Assembly: GCF_009914755.1 (NCBI RefSeq)
Contig: NC_060940.1
Reading direction: 5' to 3' (one strand)
Origin: the human T2T-CHM13v2.0 reference genome, Homo sapiens
DNA: 64,000 bases
In this document: positions 20,904-34,199 of the stretch, in pieces
Layout: each line of letters starts with the position of its first letter
Numbering within the stretch: position 1 is the stretch's first letter
Translations under genes and position numbers: made by a program
Notes under the pieces: model-generated
The model's database searches: none
What the model was told of the DNA's origin: nothing
The model's input: only the letters and a program-made list of their open reading frames with translations

Positions 20904-22426
20904 AAGAGGACATAAATCCAATGTTAAGTGTGGGCTCCTGAAAAACCTAGACAGCCACTTGGGCTTTCCTGAGTTCTTATAGCTTCCATTATTAAAAGCT
21001 ATGCATTTTATCACTCAACACAGAAATGATAAAATAATCTAAATTAAATGTAAATTAAGTGTGTGTGTGTGTGTTGATTATCTAAATTACTAAAATATTT
21101 TATGACCAATGCTTTGTTTGCCAAACATATAATACTGAGAAGACAATCAAAACTTCAGGTACATTTATGCTACCTGATGGGTAATTTAAACATTTATACA
21201 GAAATTTTACTCAATTGTCATTTTAACACGTTTTCTGGTTGTATAAATGCTTTCTTAAGCAAGAAGGCTGATGTTATGACAGTAGCTAAAAAGATATTAG
21301 AAAATATGTTTTCCTAATGTGACATTTCTGAAAAAAAACTCCAATGATAAAAATTCTTATTTTAGTAGAGAAGTTGTAAAACTGTTAAGTTATTACAGAT
21401 ACAATAGTATTAAGCAAAGCTAACCAAATTGATTGGATTGCTGTTGCAATTTCAGATTAATGACAATCAGATCCACTTAAAGTAGAAAAAATATGTTGAC
21501 CATTATAAAATTGTAATTGGAAGGCCTATGAATCTAATAATAGAACCTCATGTATCTTCTGGTACCAAAATCAGATATGAATAAATGCAGCAAGCCTTTA
21601 ATGCTTTATTCCAAAGCTCATTTTTACGAGGTAAAAAAGCTTTTGATGGTCCACTGACTGAAGACAATTAAACTTTATTTTTAATAGAAACCATTGATTG
21701 ATTCCCCTCTTGCCATCCACCCTGCAGAAAGACTTCAGGACCTTGAATCTTGGGTTATAATTTCTCAACTCAGAAGGGTGCCTCCAAACTTTTGAAATTT
21801 TATAGCCATTGGAGAACTTAAGGCAAAGCCAACCAGGAAAGTTTCTCCTCAGAAGGAGATGGTAATCTTGATGTAGACAGCTTTTTTTCACTATATAAAA
21901 CATCAATATATCTCTGTTTCTATGACACTCTTAGCTCACAGTTATATTCTTGCTTATGGCTCTATAAAAATAGAAATAAAAATGGTTATCTTGTGTTCAC
22001 TCCAGGGGTATACTTGTATATTTAGAGGTTTTTGCAGCCAATCTTATATATGGATAAACTTATGTTTTGATAGATGAAAGATAAAAGAACAATTTGGATG
22101 AGAAATTTTAATGGGATATTTGTTGCTTCATAATATAAGAAACAGAACATTGGTTCATTGTTCTTAAACGACCTTATAAGCTAAAGAGAATTTTTTAAAC
22201 TGCATTGTCAGGAGGCCTTGACTTTTCTGAATGGGCACTATTTGTTAGGTTTCTTTTCCCGTGGTTTAGAGTAAATTAGACAATAATTAGAAATTTATCT
22301 ACCATAATAGTCTCTATAGCAGATTTTGCAGTAAAGGGTATGGATACAAAATAGAATTTAAATTTTCTTATTAAAGTTATGCGAAAAAATCAAATTTCTC
22401 TAGGTTATTATTTATAATAATAATAA

Positions 22427-22753
<327 letters not shown>

Positions 22754-22956
22754 TAGATTATTTATTGGATAAACAGAAGTATCTGTTTAGTTGCTAACAC
22801 TTGTAATACATCAGATATTAATGCTATTTAGTCATAGGAGATTAATGAACAGACTGCTTGATTGAAATGAGTAAATCATTTATCTGGATAATTATTTTGA
22901 TCTACTTTATTTTATGTGGTTTTGTTCATGGGGACCCTGGTTAAAAAGCATACTAC

Positions 22957-23276
22957 AGCCAGGCTCGGTGGCTCACGTCTGTAATCCCAGCACTTCGGGA
23001 GGCTGAGGTGGGTGGATCACTTGAGGTCAGGAGTTCGACGAGACCAGCCTGGCCAACATGGTGAAATGCTGTCTGTACTAAAAATACAAAAAAAAAAATT
23101 AACCAGGCCTGGTGGTGTGCACCTGTAATCTCAGCTACTGGGAAGGCTGAGGCAGGAGAATTGCTTGAACCCAGGGGGCAGAGTTTGCAGTGGGTCAAGA
23201 TTGCACCACTGCACTCCAGCCTGGGCAATGGAGCATAACTCTGTCAAAAAAAAAAAAAAAAACAGAAAAAGAAAAA
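22957..23276 (+). mobile_element. AluS
   Basis: Dimer; TSD aaaaagcatact. Confidence 0.9.
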
Positions 23277-23435
23277 GCATACTCCAAACTCTATTGATAT
23301 TAACTTCCTGATAGTGAAAATAATGGTCTTCCTGGTGCAATATATTATCTCAAAAGTTATAAATGTGTGCATACATACAGCAGTCTCTAGAATGCCAAAT
23401 TGTTCTTAACTGAAATGACAAAAACTCAAAACAAA

Positions 23436-23740
23436 GGCCAGGTTCAGTTGCTCACACCTGTAATCCCAGCACTTTAGGAGGCCGAGAAGGGCAGATCACC
23501 TGAGATCGGGAGTTCAAGACCAGCCTGAACAACATGGAGAAACCCCATCTCTATTAAAAATACAAAATTATTCAGGCATGGTGGTGCCTGCCTATAATCC
23601 CAGCTACTCAGGAGGCTGATGCAGTAAAACAGCTTGAACCCACGAGGAGGAGTTTACAATGAGCTGAGATGGTGCCATTGCACTCCAGCCTGGGCAACAA
23701 GAGCAAAACTCCATCTCAAAAAACAAACAAACAACAAAAA
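23436..23740 (+). mobile_element. AluSp-like
   Basis: aacatggagaaacccc and gcaacaagagc diagnostics. Confidence 0.85.
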
Positions 23741-23860
23741 ACCCTCAAAGACTATATGAACACTATAACCTATAAATGGCATGATAAGTATAGAAACCCA
23801 AAATAATAACTGTGATTGGCAGTAGTGATTTGAGTTTTGGTCACACTCTCATCTAAGTGA

Positions 23861-24190
<330 letters not shown>

Positions 24191-24588
24191 TAAAATTATT
24201 GGAGTCTATTGTTTTGGACTGAACTTGTACACTAGGAACAGTGTACAACAGATGAGACAAAACAAAACAAAAATGGAATCACTCATGCTAAATGTGACAT
24301 AATCAAACTGAGAATTTGAGAAAATAGGTAGATTCTAAAAACAACCTGGTTTTGTTTTTCTTTTGTAAACAGCAGATTTTAACATAAAAAGATCTTTTTT
24401 ACTCTAATTTTTATTAAAAAATAACAACCTGAAGTTCTTGTTCCTATTTTACCAAATCCAAAGTTCTATTTCCCAGTGGAATTTGAGATGAAATAAGTAC
24501 ATTTATCATGGTGATACTGTGATACCAATATCTAAAATTTTGGCATATCTCAAACTTGGATACTTTAGGATGATCAAAATAGGGAAAC

Positions 24589-24982
24589 TGTTAAATTAAG
24601 TTTAGCCTAAAGCTACCTCATTTTATGTTTAATTTCTGTCAATAGGGTTTTTTGTACATGGTAATCTAAAACCTAACTGGACGTGTAAACAGTCTATAAA
24701 TGTTCTTGTGCTAATCATTAAATTTTTGCCAATCAAATGGGGTCAACTCTTCAAACTATATTCAAATTTTAAAAATCTGAGCTGTCATCAATCTGGCTGT
24801 TTCTGTGCCTCACTCCCAGTTTCTGTATGTCACCTTGCTTTTTCTGTCCATACATCTTCCAACATGTGGCCATGCTGGAGTCTCTTTGAGTCTACTCGTG
24901 ATTCACAAGCTGCTCAATTGGCAGATTATTCTTTGCTCAATTAAACTCTGCTAAATTTGGTTTCTTTAGCTTTTTTTTTAGT
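24589..24982 (+). mobile_element. MER57 3' LTR
   Basis: tgttaaattaagtttagcctaaagct...tctttgctcaattaaactctg matches recalled MER57A/B consensus; preceded by a purine tract. Confidence 0.8.
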
Positions 24983-25015
24983 TTTGTTTTTGTGTTTCCA
25001 AAATGCTTCTGCAAA

Positions 25016-25317
25016 TTTTTTGGAGACAGAGTTTCACTCTATCACCCAGGCTAAAGCACAATAATATGACTGATCCCAGCCCACTGCAGCCTCATCCTCC
25101 AAAACTCAAGCAATCTTTCAGCCTCAGGCACTTGAGAACCTGGGATTACAGGTATGTGCCACCATGCCCAGCTGATTTGTTGTTGTTGTTGTTGTTGTTG
25201 TTTTGTGGAACAGGGTCTCACCATGTTGCACAGGTTAGTCTTGAACTCCTCATATCAAGTGATTCCCTTGTCTCAGACTCCCAATGTGCCATGATTACAG
25301 GTGTGAGATGCCTTGTG
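25016..25317 (-). mobile_element. AluJ-like
   Basis: Diverged J-type dimer with (TTG)n middle region. Confidence 0.8.
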
Positions 25318-25328
25318 CTTGTGCAATT

Positions 25329-25626
25329 ATTATTTTTTTTTGAGACAGAGTCTTGCTCTGTCTCCCAGGCTGGAGTGCAATGGTGCAATATCAGCTCACT
25401 GCAACCTCTGCCTCCTGTGTTCCAGCCATTCTCCCACCTCAGCCTCCTGAGTAGCTGGAATCACAAGCACATGCCACCACAACTGGTTAATTTTTTGTAT
25501 TTTTAGTAGAGATGGGGTTTCATCATGTTTCTGCCAGGCTGGTCTCAAACTCCTGACCTCAAATGATCTGCCCGCCTTGGCCTCCCAGAGTGCTGGGATT
25601 ATAAGTGTGAGCCACCGCACCTGGCC
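25329..25626 (-). mobile_element. AluS
   Basis: Reverse-complement dimer. Confidence 0.9.
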
Positions 25627-25658
25627 CTCTTCTGCAATTTTTAAGGGGAAATACTTTC

Positions 25659-25718
25659 TTTTTTTTTTTTTTTTTTTTTTTGAGACGGAGTCTTGCTCTG
25701 TCACCCAGGCTGGAGTGC
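25659..25718 (-). mobile_element. Extremely 5'-truncated Alu (~37 bp plus poly-T)
   Basis: T-run then gagacggagtcttgctctgtcacccaggctggagtgc; flanked by a ~30-bp direct repeat. Confidence 0.75.
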
Positions 25719-25758
25719 CCACTTCTGCAATTTTCAAGGGGAAATACTTTCTCAATGT

Positions 25759-25845
25759 TTTTTTTTTTATTTTTTTTTTATGGAGTCTTGCTCTGTCACC
25801 CAGGCTGGAGTGCAGTGGCAAAATCTCGGCTCACTGCAACCTCCG
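25759..25845 (-). mobile_element. Alu 3' part split by the LTR10C provirus (continues at 31689-31903)
   Basis: Breaks at ...ctgcaacctccg and resumes as ctctttcttccaggttcaag. Confidence 0.85.
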
Positions 25846-26433
25846 TGTAAAAAGTAAAGTAGAGTTTCCTCTTCAAAGACTTTCCTCCCCGTCTAGTTAG
25901 GAATAAATAGTAACTTCTCTTAGAAGCAAAATTTATTCAAATACCAGTGCTAACATTTTTAAATATCTGCTAGCCATAATAAAGAAATCAATGTACTTTA
26001 TGTTCTTAACTCCCAGAATTTAGCCTAAATATTTGCCCTGGCATGCTTATACTGGTCCAAGCAAGCACCAGGTCATAGCCTGTTCCTCTTCCTTATTTAA
26101 AAGTGTGTTTACCTTTCTTGGCATCCCACAAGTTACTTCTCCTTCCTTTGTCCTCCTCTGCCTTTGCCTCTTTTAAAAAGTTCTAAGTTGCTAGCCAATT
26201 GGGACAAATGCAGAATGTGAGTTTCCATTCCAGCCAATGGAAACTGGACACAGCAGTAGGGTGGACGCATCAGGTTATACATGACCCGGTCTCCTTTGTT
26301 CAGTGTGCTCTCATGGCAAAACTGCTAGTCAGTGTACCCTTTCTGCAGGAGGTAAAAATGGCCTTACTAAATAAATTAAATTTATGTTCAAGTGCTATTT
26401 CTTTATGGCACTGGGGAACAAGCATTTCAAACA
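25846..26433 (+). repeat. 5' LTR (LTR10C-like)
   Basis: tgtaaaaagtaaagtagagtttcctcttcaaagac...gcatttcaaaca. Confidence 0.85.
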
Positions 26434-26845
26434 ATTTGGTGGCAATCCATATGTCAATACATTCTCCTCCAGGGGAAGTCTCCAGTTCTCTCTCATGACG
26501 GAGCACGCTTCCCTACCTCATCGCAGGAGTCCTCGTGGTTGAGAAATTGAGACCCACCCAGTGTGATGAATAAACCTGGACTCTCAGCAATGCAGAAAAA
26601 AAGAAAGAAAGAAAGAAACTGGCCAGCAACCTAGCTCAAAGGATCCTCACATACTGTGGGATGACTCTGTGCACAGACCAAGGAAGAAGAAGCCGTGGGA
26701 GCCAGTAAAGTATTTCCTTGGTGGTTGGGACTAAGGGAAAAGCCACAGGACAGTAAAGCATTCCTTGGTTAGGACATACCAAGGAGAGAAAAACCACAGG
26801 GACAGTAAAGTATCCCTTAGTTGGGATGTCTTGAAGGTTAAAAAT

Positions 26846-27118
26846 AGGTAAGAAACCCCATAAGGGGGGTTGAACCTCAGAAAGGGTGAGAAATCCCCAT
26901 GAGTGGGGGATTGAACCTCAAAAGGAGGTGAGAAATTCCCAGGGGGGAGTTGAACCTCAGAAAGAGGTGAGAAATCCCCATGCAGGGGTTGGACTTCCAG
27001 AAGAGGTGAGAAATCCCCATGGGGGCTGTTGAACCCCAGAAAGAGATGAGAAATCCCCATGAGGGGGGTTGAACCTCAGAAAGAGGTGAGAAATCCCCAT
27101 GGTGGGGGCTTGAACCTC
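26846..27118 (+). repeat. ~39-41-bp tandem repeat, 7 copies, in the ERV leader
   Basis: Unit approximately GTGAGAAATCCCCATG-GGGGGTTGAACCTCAGAAAGAG. Confidence 0.9.
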
Positions 27119-28959
27119 GCACAAACCTCCAGTAGTAAGATATTCAGAACCGCTTTTCCTTTCTTCTTGGGGAAAGAAAGAGTAGCTCCACTCCTGCCTG
27201 TCCCTCCCCTAAGGAAGGAGAAGGAAGGGAAAAACAGCAGCATAGGTGGCTGGCAGAGATAAAGGAAAGACCAGCAGGAAAGAAAAAGAAACTAGGAGAC
27301 GAAGTCAGAGAGAAAGAAAGCAAAAACAGCAAGCACAGAGCCAAACAGCCAGACAGGCACACCAAGGGTTAAGTCCCTCTTCCCAGCCTGGCTCTATGTG
27401 AGAAAGAGGGTGGGGCTGGCACCAGGAGAGAGAGAGAGGAAGTGAAAAGGCATAATTCTTGCAATTTGCAGCAGGCATCTGCCAAGCCTCTAGGCGAGTG
27501 ACTGCCCAGGGCCCAGAACGCAGCCGCACAAATCCCACCCAGCCCGAGAAACTAAGTGTAAGAAGAAAGGAAAAAAAGTAAAAAGGGGAATTGAAAAGAA
27601 AAACAAAAGGAGAAAGAGAAGGCAGCAGGTATACGGGGGCGGGGCCGTGTTGTGGCCCAGCCCCACTTGTGGCAGGAGCAGGAGAACTTGGGAGAAGAAA
27701 GGGAAACAGGACGACAAAGAGAGAGGAAAATAGAGTGCAAATGAGAGAGAGAGAAATAGAGGGAAAGAAAAAGAGAGAAACTGGAAGAGACAGAAATCAA
27801 AGGAAGACACAGAGGGTGAAACCAGGAAAAGAAATAGTGTAAAAGGAAGGCAGATAGTTAAGACATGTTGAAGATTCTCTATGAAAGTCATAAGAAAAGC
27901 TATAAAAGGGAATTTATACAAGAAATATTGTATAATTTAAAATTAATTAGGCCTCCTGAATATAAAATTATTTTAAAAATAGTTTATGTACAAGGTATGT
28001 AAGAAAAATATACTCTTAATAACAGGATTATAAGGAGGAATAAAAATACCAATTTTTACCTACACTGAAGATTTAAAAAATTTGTTTTATAAGTTTAAGC
28101 AAGTTTTAAAATGTTAATTGTAAAAGAAATTCTGTGTGTAAACATATTGGCTAAAGTTAAAAAGGGTATCATTCAGTTTTTCTGTGAACTGAACATTAAA
28201 ATTAAAGCACAATGTATTTTTCTTGAAGCATTAGCCTGCTCTTTACCAAAAATTATAGAAAGTTAAAAAGAGTCTATAAAAGTCTTACCTTATAGTCAGA
28301 CATTAAAATTGGATAAATAACATCTGCAAGATTTTATTATAATTAAGTTTAACATTAATAGCACATTAATATAAAGATAAAATTTAACTTATCTAGTATA
28401 AAATCATACAAACAACATTGTCAAATATAAAATGGTGTTTAGCTTTCTTAAGGCCCAAAGGCAGCCAGGTAAGTCACAAGGCCCCTCATCCTTAAGTTTA
28501 CAGTTTGCAGGGTCGGTGAAGGCCACAAGAAGGCCAAGACATTAAGAGGGGGCAGAGTTGCAGCATCCCCTGGCTGGCGCTAAGCAGGAATGGAGCAGGA
28601 GTCGTTACCATGAGGCCTCAAGCCCCAGGATATGCAGCAGAAATTATATACTTAATTTATCTTCACTTTCCCTTCCCTCGAAACTAAAAGTCTTTTAGCA
28701 CAGGTACCACACCTAGAATTTCCAGTACACCAGCACCAGCCTGAAAATGACGTCTTCATCAAAAGATAGAAAGAAAAAACTCAAGCCAGCCTCGGAAGAA
28801 CCCTATTTTATGCTGTTAACCACTAATACTGCTGTCTGCACAGCCCAGAAAAAAGAAAATAGATCCACCATACTCAAGTCAGGAAAACATCTTCCTCTCA
28901 GAATCATGGGTTACTGTACTAAGATCAAGCCCTACTAAGTGAATGTTAAAGAAAGATTA

Positions 28960-31079
28960 ACTTTCATATACCTTCTATATTGCTTCCTTTCCTTTCCTTA
29001 TTCTGTTGTTATCTCCTTTGTTATTAATGTAACTAAGTCTGACTCACCTCAGACTATTGCCTTTAATACTTGCTCTGTCATACCTTGGGGAAATGTAAAT
29101 GATCAAAAATGGCTACGCTTTTCACACAAATATTTATGTCCCAGCCCTCTAATTGACACAGTTACCCCTAGCACACATTCGTTATAATGACCTGCAGCCA
29201 AGAGGTCGATTTTCGGCTCCTACCACCTGGCAACCTTGTAGTAAACGGGACTACATCCTTCAAACTACCCAGGAGCAAAATTGGACGTCCACTAAAAGGT
29301 TTGTGCAGATCTAAAACCCCTCATCTGTTTCACTAAAAGGAGTACCCCTTCTAACTGTCAGCCTTATCAATATAACCCTGTCCTCTTTATCAGCACCTCC
29401 ACCTTAACTAACTCTAGACCTGCCTTTAGTTGATTCTATGGTATAAGGATTGACATAAATAAAAAATACCCCCCAGGTATTTTTAAAATATGCATTATTC
29501 CCCCATCTTCCCCTTCTTCAGTAGCCTCAGATCTAGATCCCACACTGGTTGCTCCTACATCTAATAAAACTAGGGTGTATATTATAAAAATAAGAGATCT
29601 AAAATAGACCTTAGCCATCAAGACAAAATATCAAGATACAAATAAATGCCTGGCTGAAATGGACTAAATCCATTCACACTTTAAATAAAAGCGATTACTA
29701 TGCTTGTATGCACGGTAGGCAAGCAGCCCAGATTATCCCCTTTCCACTCGGATAATCTCCTCGTCAACCAGATATGGACTCTATGGGACTCTATGGTGGC
29801 TCTTTTTCAAAATCCCACTGCTTGAGATAATCCAACATACTGAGCTCTCTCTGCTATTTCCTGAAATACAACACCCTGTGTGTCAGCCGCCTAGGTCAGT
29901 CCAGCTTGCACTTCTAAATGCCAAGTTTACTTCATGCCTCTCACAGCAGGAGGAAAATTTAGTGTTCCTTGGAAGCATTAAAGGATGCAAGGAGCTCAAG
30001 CCTTCCCAAGATCTTGCCCATCAGTCCATGCTTAGCCATCCCCAAACAAATGTATGGTGGTACTGTACAAGACCTTTACTGTATATTCTGCCAAATAATT
30101 GGAGCAGTACTTGTGCTCTAATCCAATTGGCTATCCCCTTTACCCTAGCATTTCATCAATCTAAAAAGGTAAAAACAAAACACTTGCAGGCCAACAAAAA
30201 CTCCTTATGAATCCTTTAATCCTCAGGTTTACATAAATGCTATTAAGGTCCTGTGAGAAATGCCAGATAAGATTAAAGCACAAAATCAAATAGATTTGAT
30301 TTTGCAGAATTCAAAACCACATTATTTGGGTAAGTAACTATAAAAAAAAGTAGGCTAAATAAACTCTATCTCTTACCATTAACAACAATTCATAAATTAC
30401 ACTGAGGATGCCATCAAAGAGATAGCTAAGCAATTAGAATCTACTGGCCAGAAGGCCTAGAAAAATAAAATAGCTTTCAATATACTATTAGCAGAAAAGG
30501 GAGATATTTGTGTCATAATTGAAACTCAATATTGGAACCTCTGCCGAAAGAATTGATTCCTCAGCAGTGTCATGAAAGCAAACCAGTTAATGTTGATGAA
30601 GCTACAAAATTAATGGCTCAGTTGTAACACAGTAGTAATGTGTCTAATTCCCCACAAATACCAATAAATTAAATGTTTTATACAAAACTCAATATTGTAC
30701 CTATGTTCCTGATAATACTGACCCTGATAGAACTATAACAAAAGAGCTACAAAGGTTAACAGCCCTATCCGATAAACTTGCCAAAAATTCTAAAATAAAT
30801 AACCCCTTTTCTAAAATATTAAAACATTAGTTCAGTGAATAAAAAGGAATTTTACCTTCAATTCTCACCTTGTTCACTATTGTTATTGGTGTACTTATTC
30901 TTGTAGACTGTTATGTTATTCCCTACCTTCAAAGTTTTATATAAAAACTTGTCTCTGCCACTCTTACAGAGTTAACTCCTAACTCTCCACCACCTAGTTC
31001 AAAAAAAATTACTTATCTTAGAAGGACAAAAAAAGTAATTAAGTCAAAACATATTAAACAAGTTTGAAGATGAATTATG
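28960..31079 (+). pseudogene. env: HERV-I-type env remnant
   Basis: VWWYC...LPNNWSSTCALIQLAIPFTLAFHQ; ILLAEKGDICVIIETQY[insert]CTYVP; hydrophobic TM; many stops. Confidence 0.7.
30535..30684 (+). pseudogene. Putative 5'-truncated processed pseudogene of an unidentified cellular mRNA
   Basis: 13-bp TSD aaactcaatattg (30522-30534 and 30685-30697); open frame EPLPKELIPQQCHESKPVNVDEATKLMAQL*; AATAAA at 30663-30668. Confidence 0.7.
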
Positions 31080-31100
31080 AAATAAAAAGAGAAGGAATAT

Positions 31101-31688
31101 TGTAAAAAGTAAAGTAGAGTTTCCTCTTTAAAGACTTTCCTCCCCATCTAGTTAGGAATAAATAGTAACTTCTCTTAGAAGCAAAATTTATTCAAAGACC
31201 AGTGCTAACATTCTTAAATATCTGCTAGCCATAATAAAGAAATCAATGTACTTTATGTTCTTAGCTCCCACATTTTAGCCTGAATATCTGCCCTGGCATG
31301 CTTATACTGGTCCAAGCAAGCATTAGGTCATAGCCTGTTCCTCTTCCTTATTTAAAAGTGTTTTTACCTTTCTCAGCATTCCACAACTTACTTCTCCTTC
31401 CTTTGTTCTCCTCTGCCTTTGCCTCTTTTAAAAAGTTCTAAGTTGCTAGCCAATCGGGACAAATACAGAATGTGAGTTTCCATTCCAGCCAATGGAAACT
31501 GGACACTGCAGTAGGGTGGATGCGTCAGGTTATAAATGACCCTGTCTCCTTTGTTAAGTGTACTCTCGTGGTAAAACTGCTGACAAGTGTACCCTTTCTG
31601 CAGGAAGTAAAAATGACCTTACTAAATAAATTAAATTTATGTTCAAGTGCTATTTCTTTATGGCACTGGGGAACAAGAATTTCAAACA
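31101..31688 (+). repeat. 3' LTR (LTR10C-like)
   Basis: Direct repeat of 25846-26433, same length. Confidence 0.85.
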
Positions 31689-31903
31689 CTCTTTCTTCCA
31701 GGTTCAAGTGATTCTCATGCCTCATCCTCCTCAGTAGCTGGGATTACAGGCTCGTGCCACCATGCTCAGCTAATTTTTGTTTTTCTAGTAAAGACAGAGT
31801 TTCACCATGTTGGTCAGGCTGGTCTTGAACTCCTGATATCTTGATCTGCCCACCTCAGCCTCCCAAAGTGCTGGGATTACAGGCATGAGCCACCACATCC
31901 AGT
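31689..31903 (-). mobile_element. Alu 5' part (host of the LTR10C provirus)
   Basis: Continuation of the Alu at 25759-25845. Confidence 0.85.
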
Positions 31904-32354
31904 TCAATGTTAAACAGTACTATATGGGCCCATATCTAGAAGGAATCTAGCTTGTATTGTAGAAGTGTCACTCTTCACGACTAAAAAGGTCTAGGCCAGC
32001 TAATTGAGTGGTGTGATCATGAAGGTACATGAGCTATAAAGTAAGACAGAGATGATACTGAGTCTTAGCTTCACCAATTAGCAGTTGTGGGTCTTTGGAC
32101 AAGTTCTTTGACTTGGAAGAATTCTATAAAGGCAAAAGACAAAGTGATAATGGTTGCAAAAATGGAAGCAATTTCTGACATTTATTTTGTATTCATGTCC
32201 ATTTCCAGGTGCTTTTACAGCTGTTCCCATCAAGATCCAGAATCTGTTTACAAAACCTTAAATTTGGCTGACCTTATTTTCACAGGCCATTAGAAGCCTG
32301 TGAACATGATAAGAGTGCTAGTTTCAGGCCTAGGTTCAAAAGGTCTTGAATGCT

Positions 32355-32399
<45 letters not shown>

Positions 32400-32681
32400 A
32401 CGCTACCATCTCCATGAGAGAAAGTCCATGTTAGCCAGCTGGGGGATAACATCACATAAGGAGGATAAACATAGTTCCAATCTAGATAGCCCCAGAAGCA
32501 AAAGCTCACCCTCAGAATCACAGCTGCCTAGTCAACAAGCAGTTGACCACACATGCCTGAAGCAGCTCAGCTTAGACTAGAAGAATGACCCCACTGAGCC
32601 CAGCCTAAATTGCTGACCGTCTCAATCATGAGATAATACATTTTGGATTTTTTTTAAATCAAGCAATAGCTAACTAGTACA
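32400..32681 (+). mobile_element. MLT1-type MaLR LTR fragment
   Basis: ctgagcccagcctaaattgctgacc...gcaatagctaactagtaca resembles an MLT1 3' end. Confidence 0.55.
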
Positions 32682-33232
32682 TGCACCCAGAGCAGACAGA
32701 GTGCCAGGATTTAATGACAGGTTGATTACTAGTTACCTGCAAACAGTGGCCACACTATAGATACTGATTTCCTTTTCTCCTTATTTAAAGTTGAATGTCA
32801 TTTAAGATAATGTAGAAATGTATGTAGATATATATGCACATAATTTGTGCTTATACACACACAGTTCCCCACACCACATGAGGAAACAGATGACCACAGC
32901 CTGATCATTAGGGGCTAAGGCACAATTTCAAAATAAGTTTGCCTTCCATCTATTTTCTCTATGTCTAAACGTTAGAGGTCAAGACCGTAGACAGATCTGA
33001 AGATATGGTGTTCTCTTCTCCTGTGGCCCCACCATTTTTTGTTCACTGTATGATGTCTCAGAAAAAGGTGGGTAACAAATGACCAGCAGTGGTCTACCTA
33101 TAATTATTTTATTCTGGCTGCTCTCTCTGTGAACATTATCTGTTTTACTCTTGGAACTGTGAAAGATGTTGGTAGGGAGAGGCTGTTCCCTCACCTCTGG
33201 CAGAAAAGAAATGTTAAGACCCTCCACCCTGA

Positions 33233-33790
<558 letters not shown>

Positions 33791-33842
33791 TTGAATTCCA
33801 GCCAGGAAGGTAAAAAAATCAGAAATCTAGAAATAATTGTCA

Positions 33843-34127
33843 GCTGGGCGAGGTAACACATGTCTGTAATCCCAGCACTTTGGGAGGCCGAGGCAGGAGA
33901 ATCATAAGGTCAGGAGTTCAAGACCAGCCTGTCCAACATGGAGAATCCCCATCTGTACTAAAAATACAAAAATTAGCCAGGGGTGTTGGCGAGTGCCTGT
34001 AAACTGAGCTATTCAGGAGGCTGAGGCAGGAGAATCGCTTGAACCAGGGAGGCAGAGGTTGCAGAGAGCTGAGATCGTGCCAATGCACTCCAGGGTGACA
34101 AGAGCAAGACTCTGTCTCAAAAAAAAA
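33843..34127 (+). mobile_element. AluS
   Basis: Dimer with A tail. Confidence 0.9.
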
Positions 34128-34199
34128 TTGTCATTATAATTTTTACATTTATGAATAACCATATTACATATAACTTATAAATGCATATGACCATATACA

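Larger units (their letters stand above)
25846..31688 (+). mobile_element. LTR10C/HERV-I-type non-autonomous provirus (no recognisable gag or RT, env remnant)
   Basis: Two 588-bp LTRs; tggtggc (degenerate Ile-type PBS) after the 5' LTR; purine tract at 31084-31100; degenerate 5-bp TSD ctccg/ctctt. Confidence 0.8.

Noticed and set aside
26846-27118. CRISPR-like array
   Set aside because: Units are contiguous with no unique spacers, there are no cas genes, and the context is a primate ERV leader
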